Source of the DNA: Eledone cirrhosa
Taxonomy: Eukaryota
Length of the DNA stretch: 64,000 nt
Direction of reading: 5' to 3'
Assembly: GCA_964016885.1 (NCBI GenBank)
Contig: OZ024740.1
Location: forward strand, 360,158,001 to 360,222,000
A model generated the notes under the pieces. It did not search any database, had not been told where the DNA came from, and was given only the letters and a program-made list of their open reading frames with translations. Of the stretch, positions 51,522 to 64,000 are shown piece after piece (position 1 is the stretch's first letter; each line of letters opens with the position of its first letter). Both the position numbers and the translations under genes were made by a program.

Positions 51522-54500
51522 TTTTACACTTTTACCTGTTTCAGCCATCCGGCTGAGGCCATGCTGGGGCACCCCCCTTGTTGCTACACATTTTATCTCC
51601 AGCCTGTATAAGTTGGCCACTGGTGTAAGAGGGAGTTTGTTGCTGCTGCCCTTAGGTTTCCCTCGTGCCTTGCTGTGGGCTCATCCGAAATCCTGGATAA
51701 CAAGGTGTCGAGATGTTTCTTGAAGACATCCACCTCCACGTCATGCAAATCTCTCAGATCCCTCGGCGGCTTGTTGAGGAGTTGAGGGCTCTTGAATCCC
51801 AGGCTATTGCAATACCTGCTCCTTATTCTAGATGTGGAAGACGGGAACTTTGGCACCACACAGTGACGTCCTGTTCGACGGTTGGTCCAGTTTGGTACTA
51901 GTCCCTCCAGGATTTTCCATATGTAAATCACTGCGTATCTCTCCCGTCTTCGTTCCAAGGAGTAGAGGTTCAGTTCCTTTAGCCTCTCCCAGTAGCTTGT
52001 CTCCTTCATCGTAGCAATCCTCTTGGTGTAGCTTCGCTGGATTGCCTCAAGCTCCATGGTTAGTTTGACACTATGGGGTGACCACAACTGGGAGCAGTAG
52101 TCCAGGCGGCTTAGGACAAATGTCCTCCATAGTGTCAACATGGTGTCTCGGTCTCTTGTCCGGAAAGTCCTCAAGATCCAGCCAGCGAGTCGTCTGCACA
52201 TTGTCGCCACTTTCATGATGTGTGAAGAAAAAGATGCATCATCGCTCATGTCTATGCCCAGGTCTCGTATCGATTTTGACACGGGGATATCGGTCCCTCC
52301 TGGTCCTGTTTAGTTGTGTTCTACTATATTTTTGTTTGTAGGTTTGTTTGGAGGTTTGTATTGTAGGGCTTGGAATTTGCCAGCATTAAACTGCCTGTTG
52401 TTTTCTTCCGCCCATTTGTATATGGCATCCAGATCCTGCTGTAAAAGGACAGCGTCAGCCGGGTTTTTGATTGCCTGTGCTACCTTAGTGTCATCAGCAT
52501 AACTAGTGAGGGATGTTGCTGTATGTACTACAGTGGGCATGTCTGAGAGAGCCACCAAAAACAGTAGTGGTCTCAGGACTGTCCCCTGGGGCACCCCACT
52601 TGTTATTGGTGTTTCCTTTGAGAGGGCCCTATTTGCTGTGACTGCCTGGCTTCTGTCCTTTAGGAAGTCATGCAGCCACTCACCTACTTTTCCAGTTATG
52701 CCGAGTCCGTGTATTTTGTGACATATCATTCCGTGGTCGACCTTGTCAAAGGCCTTCGCAAAATCAAGATATATCACGTCCACATGTGAGCTGTCTAGTA
52801 GTTGTTTCAGTACCCAGTCGTAGTGGTGTAGCAGCTGTGTAAGGCAGCTTCTTCCTTGGTGGAAGCCATGTTGTGTGCTAGTCAGGCGGTCAATTTCCTC
52901 GAGGAAAGTGATCAGTTTCTTTCTGACGACTCGCTCTATAACCTTACTGATATGCGACGACGTCAGGGAGACTGGCCTATATGGATAGGGCATATTGTGC
53001 CTTCTTTCAGCTCCCTGGGTAGTACACCGCTAGCCAAGGAGCTTCTGAAGAGCATCTTCAGTGGAGTTGCTAAGGCCCGCTTACATATTTTTAAGAGAAC
53101 TGCTGGGAATCCATCAAGTCCAGCAGCCGAGTCTGTTCTAATTTCATCAAGGGCGTACACCACATCCTCCTCCATGATGTCTATGTGGTTGATGGTTGCC
53201 ATTTCTTCATGTAGTGTTGTGGCATCAAAGAACTCCTCTGGCTTCGTTATTTGCATGTGCCTCAGTGGACATGTGAACACACTTTTGTACTGTTCGTTCA
53301 GTATTTCACATATCTATTGGGGGTTTTCGGTTAATGAACCGTCCGTATGGAAGAGTGGCCCAATCTTGCAGTGTACTGAGGCAGTTTCTTTTGCAAATTT
53401 AAAGAAGGCCTTTTAATGTTTTCTATAGCCCTGTTCTCTTTCTTTGCCCTCTCATTCTCATGGGAAAGCTTGAGTGCAATCTCGGTGCCAAGTAGTGCAC
53501 ATTTCAAATAGGATTCCTTCTTGTTTTTGTTTTGTTGACTATTCAACAGGTTTGAGAGCTTGGTTCTACGTCTCATAAGGATTTTCCTATCTCTGGGAAT
53601 AAGATGTTTGTGTCTGTTTGCCTTTTTCTCTGGGACAAACTTTTTGCATATAGTGTGTATCGTTGTCATGAAGTGTTGAAATTGTGTGTTAGTGTCTTGT
53701 GTGGCGGTGTTTTCACTCCATGTTTGCTTCCGGATTTCTCTCTTAATCTTTTTCCAGTTAGCCTTGTAGAAGTTAAAGCTGGATAACGTTCCGGAGCTTC
53801 TTGGTGGTTTTGTCTCTGTTGGTTCTCTTGGACCACATATCATTAGCTCTACTAAGTTATGATCCGAAAGAATTGTTGGTGTCACCTTTACATTGTGGAT
53901 GAGCACTTCGTTGTTTGTAAAACAGAGGTCCAGGACATTTTCGCCTCTTGTTGGGAGGAGTATTGCTTGCTCCATGAACAGCCTGTGTGTGAGGGCCAGC
54001 AGGGATTCCGTCTGTCTCTGTTCTGTTGACGTCATTCCAGGGAGGAGGTGGCCCTCAGGTCATTTGACCTTTGGTAGGTTGAAGTCTCCCAGCAGTAGAA
54101 TGTTGAGACCCTGGTCCAGTTTGTCAAGGACCTCTTCTATCCTACTTAGGCTATCCTCAAATTTGCCCTCATGACTGGGGGCATCGGGCGGCCGATATGT
54201 GACACATATTACTGTCTGTAGTTGCTTCATATGTATTATCAGTGTGTCACAGACTGAGTTTGAATGTGTCAACAGTACAATTGGTGTGACATCTTCACGG
54301 ATATACAGAGCAACCCCACCATGAGTTCTCTCCTTCCTGTCCGAACGAAATACAGTATATTTCGGTATATGTATTTCTGCATCTGCTATACTGCTTGTCA
54401 GGTGCGTTTCGGTTAGGGCCATGCATAATGCTTGATTGCTTATGGCTAAGTCTGCCAGGTAGGAAATTTTACTCATGTGACTGAGTTTCACCAGGCCTCT

Positions 54501-54655
54501 AACATTCAGCAGCAGCACTGGTGTGACTTTTGGGGGGCCAGTAATGGCTGTCGGTATGACACCTGGTCTGGTGTCAGCGGCGGCCACTCTGGGTCACTTA
54601 GCTGTGGTGGTCTCGAGTGCTGGTGTGGGTGACCCTGGCTCTGGAAACTATGCAA
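51519..54655 (-). mobile_element. CR1-like LINE ORF2 (APE plus RT), frameshifted, flanked by (TA)n
   Basis: LLNVRGL, LTETHL, GGVALYI, YRPP, LGDFNLP, SDH; YRPVSLTS, QHGF, YLDFAKAFDKVDH, SGVPQG, YADD; RLDYCSQLWSP, LYSLERRRERY. Confidence 0.94.
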
Positions 54656-54685
54656 TGATATATATATATATATATATATATATCA

Positions 54686-55030
54686 TCATTTCATTTTTCA
54701 TTTCATTTTACGTCCGCTTTTTCCCTGCTTGCAAGCGTGGGACGGGAACTGATTTTTGGCTTGATTTCTACAGCTGGATGCCTTTCCTAACACCAACCTC
54801 ATTTACAGTGAGTGCTGGGTGCTTTTTTGCCGTGGCACCTCCACGACCACTTTGCAGTGGAATGATATGGACCCCAGTCCCTATCATCTCATTTCTACAT
54901 CTGAGTAAACTGGAGCAATGTGAAATAAAGTGTCTTGCTCAAGGAAACAAGACATCAACCGGTCTGAGAATTGAACTCACAACCTTTCGATTGCAAGGCC
55001 AATGCTCTAACCACTAAGCCATGTGCCTCC
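54686..55030 (-). mobile_element. Full-length composite SINE (~345 bp)
   Basis: Head GGAGGCACATGGCTTAGTGGTTAGAGC (A box), GAGTTCAATTC (B box), CORE-like block, RTE-C-like tail with (AAATG)n. Confidence 0.88.
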
Positions 55031-55168
55031 ATAATTAAGGGTGGGACGGGAACAGATTGTGGCTTGATTTCTACAGCTGGATGCCCTTCCTAACACCAAC
55101 CTCATTTACAGTGAGTGCTGGGTGCTTTTTTTCCGTGGCACCTCCACGACCACTTTACAGTGGAATGA

Positions 55169-55218
<50 letters not shown>

Positions 55219-55297
55219 TATACATGTATATATATATATATATACATGTATATACATATATACATATATATACATGTATATATATATATATATATAT

Positions 55298-57632
55298 GTG
55301 GCCAGGAGGGAAGCTAGGAGACAAGTGTACTTAGCAAGAAGGGAAGCTGAGGAAAGAAAGTTCAAGCATGTTCTAGAACGCGATGACCAAAAACGTGAGG
55401 TGTTCAGGATTGCTAGGCAATGCGTCAAGGAAAACCGTGATATTGTCGGGGAGAAGTGTGTACTAAACGACGATGGCACACTTGCCATCACCGACGCTGA
55501 TAAGAAGGTAGCTTGGAAGTGTCACTATGAAAGGCTACTAAATGAGGAGAATAAATGGGAGAAAGACAGTCTCCCCCATATCGACCCAATAGAGGGACCA
55601 GCAGTGTTAGTCGAGGAGAGTATAATAAGTAAGGCAATCAAGGATATGAAGACGGGTAAGGCGGCTGGGCCTTCGGAAATAGTTGCTGAGATGCTGAAGG
55701 CATCTGGCACGGTGGGACACACCATGGTCACCCGCATAGTTAACCAAGTCGTACAGAATGGGGTTGTTCCGAAGGACTGGCATAGCAGCATCATCGTTAA
55801 CTGTTATAAGGGTAAAGGAGACGCCCTAGATAGGAGTAACTATAGAGGCATTAAATTAATCGACCAGGTCATGAAGGTCACGGAAAAAGTAATAGCGCAA
55901 CTAATCAGAGAGAGAATCGACCTAGATGAAATGCAGTTCGGGTTTGTGTCAGGCAAAAGTACCACAGACGCTCTTTTCATAGTACGACAACTACAGGAGA
56001 AGTACCTAGCTAAAGGTAAACCCCTCTACTTAGCTTTTCTCGACTTGGAGAAAGCCTTCGACAGAGTCCCCCGCTCCATTATCTGGTGGGCTCTTAGAAA
56101 ACTAGGCGTTGACGAATGGCTTGTGAGGGCTATACAAGCCATGTATAAAGAAACAGTCAGCAAGGTTAGAATTAACAACGAATATAGTGAAGAGTTTAGC
56201 GTAAAAGTTGGCGTCCATCAGGGCTCTGTTCTCAGCCCCCTACTATTTATTATTGCCCTTCAGGCTATAACAGAGGAGTTCAAGACAGGCTGCCCATGGG
56301 AACTCCTATACGCAGACGACCTGACACTCATAGCGGAATCAATGGCCGAGCTAGAGAAGAAATTCCAAACATGGAAGCACGGCCTAGAGTCAAAAGGACT
56401 TAAAATTAACCTGGCTAAGACCAAAGTACTAGTTTGTAGGAAAGAAAACAAGGCGGCGGTCCCTTCTGGGAAATGGTCGTGCTCGGTGTGTAGGAAAGGC
56501 GTAGGTAGAAACTCCATTTTATGTCCTAAATGCAAAGTATGGGTGCATAAAAGATGTAGTGGGATCACAGGTAAGCTAACTAAGAACATAGATTTTACAT
56601 GTGGCCGGTGTTCTGGTGCAATAAGTAGCAGCAAGTGCCCACAAAATACTAGCTCTTTCAATTGCGCAGAGGGTTCTATAGAAATAGTGGACAGCTTCCG
56701 TTACCTGGGCGATAAAATCAGCAGTGGGGGAGGGTGCTCTGAAAGTACTGTAGCTAGAGTCAGAACTGGTTGGAAAAAGTTCAAAGAGCTTATACCACTA
56801 TTAGCTGCTAAAGGGTTCTCCCTAAAAATGAAAGGCAGGTTGTACGATGCCTGCATACGAACAGCAATGCTGCATGGCAGTGAGACCTGGGCATTGTGTG
56901 CAGAGGATATACGCAGACTAGAGAGGAACGAAGCTTGCATGCTCCGCTGGATGTGTAACAGTAATATACGTGAACGGCAAAGCATAAACGAACTAAGGAA
57001 AAAATTAGAGATAAGAGGGATCAGATGTTGTTTACTCGAGAGAGGGCTACGTTGGTATGGACACGTGATGCGCATGAAAGTCGATAGCTGTATAACAAAG
57101 TGCAGGGCAATAAAGATAGACGGTAGTCACGGAATAGGCAGACCTAGAAAAACCTGGGACGAGCTGATAAACTCCGACATCACACACTTACACCTCTCCA
57201 AGACAATGTCACTGGACCGAGACCTTTGGCGGTACTCAGTAACAGAGAAGACCCGCCTTACCTAAATATATAGTAAAACCTACTCCAGCCAGTAGGTATC
57301 TCTAACAAAATACACCCCGTTCTATGTAAAGTTATGTTGGTGCCGCGCCATCGAGGCCGAAACAAATGAGATCGTGTAGGTGTCACGACAAAAAAAACAC
57401 ACAGTCCACGCTATAATGTGGCCGTGTAGGCAACACGGTAAAAACCTCCCAGACCCACACTGTAAATGTGGTTGGTGTTAGGAAGGGCATCCAACTGTAG
57501 AAAACCTGCCAGACAGTCCTATGCGAGCAAGACAATCACTCTTGCCTCAAGTGGGACTACCCCCGTCCAAACCCATGCAAGCGTGGAACACGGACGTTAA
57601 ACGTTGATGATGATGATGATGATGATGATGAT
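55298..57632 (+). mobile_element. RTE LINE family A copy 3 (5'-truncated, uninterrupted RT-PHD ORF to 57265)
   Basis: Open frame from [10 protein letters not shown] to EKTRLT*; near-identical to copy 2; (TA)n on both sides. Confidence 0.96.
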
Positions 57633-57642
57633 ATATATATAC

Positions 57643-57688
<46 letters not shown>

Positions 57689-57808
57689 GTGTATATATAT
57701 ATATATATACATGTGTATATATATATATATATATACATGTATATATATATATATATATATACATGTATATATATATATATATATATACATGTATATATAT
57801 ATATATAT

Positions 57809-57846
<38 letters not shown>

Positions 57847-57847
57847 A

Positions 57848-57916
<69 letters not shown>

Positions 57917-57923
<7 letters not shown>

Positions 57924-60095
57924 TACTTGCCATCACCGACACTGATAAGAAGGTAGCTTGGAAGTGTCACTATGAAAGGCTACTAAATGAGGAGAATAAA
58001 TGGGAGAAAGACAGTCTCCCCCATATCGACCCAATAGAGGGACCAGCAGTGTTAGTCGAGGGGAGTATAATAAGTAAGGCAATCAAGGATATGAAGACGG
58101 GTAAGGCGGCTGGGCCTTCGGAAATAGTTGCTGAGATGCTGAAGGCATCTGGCATGGTGGGACACACCATGGTCACCCGCATAGTTAACCAAGTCGTACA
58201 GAATGGGGTTGTTCCGAAGGACTGGCATAGCAGCATCATCGTTAACTGTTATAAGGGTAAAGGAGACGCCCTAGATAGGAGTAACTATAGAGGCATTAAA
58301 TTAATCGACCAGGTCATGAAGGTCACGGAAAAAGTAATAGCGCAACTAATCAGAGAGAGAATCGACCTAGATGAAATGCAGTTCGGGTTTGTGTCAGGCA
58401 AAAGTACCACAGACGCTCTTTTCATAGTACGACAACTACAGGAGAAGTACCTAGCTAAAGGTAAACCCCTCTACTTAGCTTTTGTCGATCTGGAGAAAGC
58501 CTTCGACAGAGTCCCCCGCTCCATTATCTGGTGGGCTCTTAGAAAACTAGGCGTTGACGAATGGCTTGTGAGGGCTATACAAGCCATGTATAAAGAAACA
58601 GTCAGCAAGGTTAGAATTAACAACGAATATAGTGAAGAGTTTAGCGTAAAAGTTGGCGTCCATCAGGGCTCTGTTCTCAGCCCCCTACTATTTATTATTG
58701 CCCTTCAGGCTATAACAGAGGAGTTCAAGACCGGCTGCCCATGGGAACTCCTATACGCAGACGACCTAACACTCATAGCTGAATCAATGGCCGAGCTAGA
58801 GAAGAAATTCCAAACATGGAAGCACGGCCTAGAATCAAAAGGCCTTAAAATTAACCTGGCTAAGACTAAAGTTCTAGTTTGTAGGAAAGAAAATAAGGCG
58901 CCGGTCCCTTCCGGGAAATGGCCATGCTCGGTGTGTAGGAAAGGCGTAGGTAGAAACTCTATTTTATGTCCAAAATGCAAAGTATGGGTGCATAAAAGAT
59001 GTGGTGGGATCACAGGTAAGCTAACTAAGAACATAGATTTTACATGTGGCCGGTGCTCTGGTGCAATAAGTAGCAGCAAGTGCCCACAAATACTAGCTCT
59101 TTCAATTGCGCAGAGGGTTCTATAGAAATAGTGGACAGCTTCCGTTACCTGGGTGACAAAATCAGCAGTGGGGGAGGGTACTCTGAAAGTACAGTAGGTA
59201 GAGTCAGAACAGGTTGGAAAAAGTTCAGAGAGCTTATACCACTATTAGCCGCTAAAGGGTTCTCCCTAAGAATGAAAGGGAGGTTGTATGATGCCTGCAT
59301 ACGAACAGCAATGTTGCATGGCAGTGAGAACTGGGCATTGTGTGCAGAGGATATACGCAGACTAGAGAGGAAGGAAGCTTGCATGCTCCGCTGGATGTGT
59401 AATAGTAACATACGTGAACGGCAAAGCATAAGCGAATTAAGGAAAAAATTAGAAATAAGAGGGATCAGATGTTGTTTACTCGAGAGAAGGCTACGTTGGT
59501 ATGGTCACGTGATGCACATGAAAGACGACAGCTGTATAACAAAGTGCAGCGCAATAAAAAAAGACGGTAGCTACGGAGTAGGCAGACCCAGAAAAACCTG
59601 GGACGAGCTGATAAATTCCGACCTCACACACTTACACCTCTCCAAGACAATGTCACTGGACCGAGACCTTTGGCGGTACTCAGTAATAGAGAAGACCCGC
59701 CTTACCTAAATACATAGTAAAACCTACTACAGTCAGTAGGCATCTCTAACAAAATACACCCCCGTCCCACCACCCCCACCCCATCCACACCGCCCCCTTC
59801 TATGTAAAGTTATGTTGGTGCCACACCATGCAGGCCGAAACAAATGAGATCGTGTAGGTGTCACGACAAAAAAACACACAGTCCACGCTGTAATGTGGCC
59901 GTGTAGGCAACACGGTAAAAACCTCCCAGACCCCCACTGTAAATGTGGTTGGTGTTAGGAAGGGCATCCAACTGTAGAAAACCTGCCAGACAGTCCTATG
60001 CGAGCAAGACAATCACTCTTGCCTCAAGTGGGAATATCCCCGTCCAAACCCATGCAAGCGTGGAACACGGACGTTAAACGTTGATGATGATGATG
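57917..60095 (+). mobile_element. RTE LINE family A copy 4 (5'-truncated, 1-nt frameshift near 59090)
   Basis: ORFs to 59125 and 59080-59709; YADD; (GAT)n tail; (TA)n on both sides. Confidence 0.95.
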
Positions 60096-60099
60096 TATA

Positions 60100-60193
<94 letters not shown>

Positions 60194-60279
60194 TATATAT
60201 ATATATATATATATACATGTATATATATATATATATATACATGTATATATACATGTATATATATATATATATACACATG

Positions 60280-60311
<32 letters not shown>

Positions 60312-60382
60312 CATGTATATATATATATATACACATGTATATATATATATATACACATGTATATATATACATATATATATAT

Positions 60383-60452
<70 letters not shown>

Positions 60453-61689
60453 TGCATCGTGTTCCGTTTAATATTTTTTACTCATAAAATTTTAGTTGTT
60501 CTGCGTACTGTAGCCCCTAGCAGCAGAAAACCAACTCAAACGGCTACCTCAATTGCATGGTTTACTGCTTGGTCCATGCAGGTTTATCGATTTTTCCCCA
60601 CTGGCATAGCACATGATGCACAGATGTTTATTATAAAGGGCACATTTCATAAGACATCGGTTGTACCAGAAAAAGCTTATTTGGTGAAAAAGAGTCAGAA
60701 CAGATCTATTGAAAAAATCCCCGCCAATGGTTAGCAACAATAACACCGAGTGTTACTGGTTTATTTTTTTCACTAAAGAAGTAGGGCACAAACTACAATC
60801 TATGTTTCCGCTCCATGTGTTCAACTCACAATCATATTTGATTTTTTATTCATACATGTTACTACACTTTTGAAGTTTAATTTTTCCAATCTCATGCAAT
60901 GCTGGGATATACATTTCACGATTGATCAGCTCAAGGCTCGATTTGTATCAATCTGGCCCAACTCTGGAATCAAAAGCTCGGACTTCTGTTATGGTAATGA
61001 CATATATATATATGTATACATAAAGTATAAGAATAGGCTAAAATGTTTGTATATTTATATATATCTGTAACACAAATATACACACAATGCATGTCCTTTC
61101 TCAGTCATGTTACAATAAATTAGTTCAGAATTATGTTCACTCAAGGAATATGATTAATTTAAAACTCCAATACAATAACTTGCATAAAGTGTCTAGCCAA
61201 TGTCGAAAATCCTGTATGAATAAATATGTTACTGGTATATGATGTTTAACAACTAAATATTCCAGATACCTCATCCATGTCCAATTGGCATACTCACTCC
61301 GCATGTGTGTTTGTGTGTAAGACATTTGGCTGGGATTTGAGGGCAATTTTGCTAAAATTTAGTAGATCGAGCTATCATATAAAATCTTTTTTTTTTTGCT
61401 TCATACATGAGACAGTAGGATGGGATTTTAAGGAAATTTGGCTGCTATTTTTATCAGGTCTAGTTACTACACAAAAATCTCCCTTATGCTACTTTATATA
61501 GCAGAGGTAACCAGGAACGCCTGCATATTCTTCCAAAGTAACACTATGCAGTAAAGTTGGGATTTAAAAATTCCTTACAAATTATATGACTAAGGAATTA
61601 GGATCTATGTGTATTGTCATTGAAGTAGGAATTACAATATTGTCTTGTTCATACACTTGTTCATTCTAAAGACTGAATAAATAACATTC

Positions 61690-64000
61690 TAGGTTTTGCT
61701 GTGTGATGCTACAATAAAGAGACAATCAGGGCTTTCAACCCTTGTAATACCAACATACAACTGACCATATGAAGACAGGATTTGCTAGATTCAACCCAAT
61801 GACGTTCAATGATTATCCTTGAGATTTATTGATGGTCATGGCAAAACTGAGTCTGATAGTAAATTGAAGCCTTTGAAATTCAGATGGCAAATCAGTTGGC
61901 TTCAGAGATATTCTGGGAATGAAACAATTGTTATCAGCAAATATTTTTGTCATGATTGAGACATCTAGGAAATGGGGCATCATATTTTTGATGATGATGT
62001 CTTGTGTCATTGCAAAGTTTTGGAAGATGAAGATTACAAAGTAGCATAACCGATGCTCCAATTTTTAGTATCAGGTTTTGTTCAAGGCTGTTCAAGAATT
62101 CAATTGGTCCCGAAAAGTTATTGTATCAACTGATTTGTAGCAACTTTTCTTTCCTGGCAACATGTCCAGCAGACTTCTGTTGATTTCTTTCATAGCAACA
62201 TTTTTCAGTGCTCAGATTACTTGTTCACAGAGACATTTGGCATCTGAATGTTTGGAAATCAGTCTTGTTCTATTTCAATGATATGGATGATCTGAATGTT
62301 TGGAAATCAGTTCTTGTTCTGTTTCAATGATATGGCCAAATGACAACTGAAGCTGGTTGTTGGAGTCCTTTTCAAGAAATCCATTTCCCAATTTGAATAG
62401 TTGGATGGCAAACTCACTGACACCTTCATCACCAGTCAAGTGCACTTCCATATTGGTTGTAAGGCTCAGTCACAGAAAGTGGGGCCAGAGATAGGATGTT
62501 TTCAAATAGGCATTAACCTGATCAGCTCAGGTTTCTCAAGGAATTACAGGCAGATTTTAATGAAATCACCAGCAAGAACGATTGTCACTCCTCCCATTAT
62601 GCAAGTATTGGATCTCTTATTGTCTGGTCTAAGGGTTCAATTGCTTGGTGGCTTCATCCCAAATTACCATCTTGCATATTTGCAGGAGCTTGCCCTTCGG
62701 TGACATCTTGATGTTGCAAAAAGGATATTCATGTTGTGTGAAGTCTATAAGCAGCTTAAACATGGAGTGTGCAGTTCTTCCTCCACCCAGAAGTGTTGCT
62801 GCAATGCCATTTGAAACCACAGCAAGGGCAACATGTTGCTTTTGGTGAACTTTTACAAGCAGAAGGTTAATGAGGAACATCTTTCTTATCTGTGCCAGCA
62901 GGAGCATTGATGAAGAAAGGTTTAAGATGATGTAGTAGGCATGTTTCTGGCCATCCAATAGAAGTTCATTTTCATCCACAAACTTATGCAAGGCTTGAAT
63001 ATCATAGTTTGTCGCCTGAAAAATTCCTCGTGCTACCTCCATTTCTTCATCTGGCTCTGGCATCCCACAGTTAGCTAATGTGCTATTCATTGCCTAAACT
63101 TGATGTGACAAGGCACAGGGAGTTTGATTGTAAATCCTGAGGCATATTCCATATACATATTATCATGTCTTCGAGCTAGGTGTTGATAGTCGTCCAACAT
63201 ATTGTTTTGTACTTTTGCCAGAGTAGATGAGCTTCGTCAATTCCACATGCTGTGAGCATAATAGCGAACAACAATCTTATTTGACTGGCTACTCAAGTGA
63301 CTGCTGCTTTTTCTAAGGTCTTCTTCCAATGTCCATTGTCATGTTGGAGTCCATGCTGTTTACATGCTTCTTGGTATGTTGCAGATACCCTTCCTCCAAA
63401 GCACCTGAGATCCTCAAATAATGTTGGCCTAGAACAGTATGCAGAAGTAGTCATAGATAAAAGCACTCTATGTTGTTGGGCTGGACATTGTAAACAGAGT
63501 TTTAAGAAAGCAGTTAGAGTAGTGTTGAGTGGTGTTGTGCCAACTGATAAGCAGTGGTCACAGTAAAGCACACTGTCTTTTCTACAGATGGACTACTAGT
63601 TTAACCACTGTCGAGTGGCGATGGTGGATATCACATCTAAAGATCTGCCAGATAGCTTCATTGCTGAATATGTATCGACCTGTCTGATACAGTTTGATCT
63701 CACCCAGCCCACCATCATTGAGTTCCTTGTCAATAACAAAGGTAGCCATGTCAAAACCCTTGTTGATATACTTTATGACATATAGTCTTGCTTTGGCAGA
63801 GTTGCAATACTCAACATTGATATAGGCTTTTAGGAGTTTGCACAGCAATTTGATATGTGGAACTACCCATTGATTGTCTATAGTCAACACCCCTCCTTGA
63901 ACTGTTAGGTTTGTAGTATTACCTCCTTGTTCTAGTATACACCTACAATAAAGGGGATATCCATCATTATCAATCTGAGTTTCCTGAATAAAAGCTCTGG
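61690..64000 (-). mobile_element. Decayed Helitron Rep/PIF1-helicase coding remnant, continuing beyond the window
   Basis: DNQWVVPH..INVEYCNS..YVIKYINKG, PTLFEDLR..TYQEAC..GL, AVVSNGIAATLLGGGRTAHSMFKL..IWDEA, FIPRI..FQRLQF.IRLSFAMTINKSQG; multiple frameshifts. Confidence 0.9.

Overview
Eukaryotic, AT-rich and microsatellite-dense animal DNA, probably an octopod cephalopod (inferred from the SINE/LINE repertoire and (TA)n load). The one host gene is a minus-strand TRAF6 orthologue: six coding exons between 21937 and 6059 encoding RING, zinc fingers, coiled coil and MATH, about 556 aa from the first visible ATG. Most of the rest is mobile DNA. It includes four young 5'-truncated copies of an RTE-clade LINE, several older RTE families, two CR1-like LINEs, R4/Dong-, CRE- and Penelope-like remnants, a decayed Helitron, tRNA-derived SINEs, piggyBac-type MITEs, and a 3.65-kb (TA)-derived array ending at a 200-N gap. 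Main leads: (1) several minimal type I hammerhead-ribozyme motifs, the best lying in the loop of a ~245-bp near-perfect inverted repeat at 28942-29570; (2) a C4HC3 PHD finger inserted inside the reverse transcriptase of several RTE families; (3) those LINEs almost always sit in (TA)n tracts, and the four young copies are truncated within the same ~175-nt window. All family assignments come from motif recognition by eye; no database search was run.
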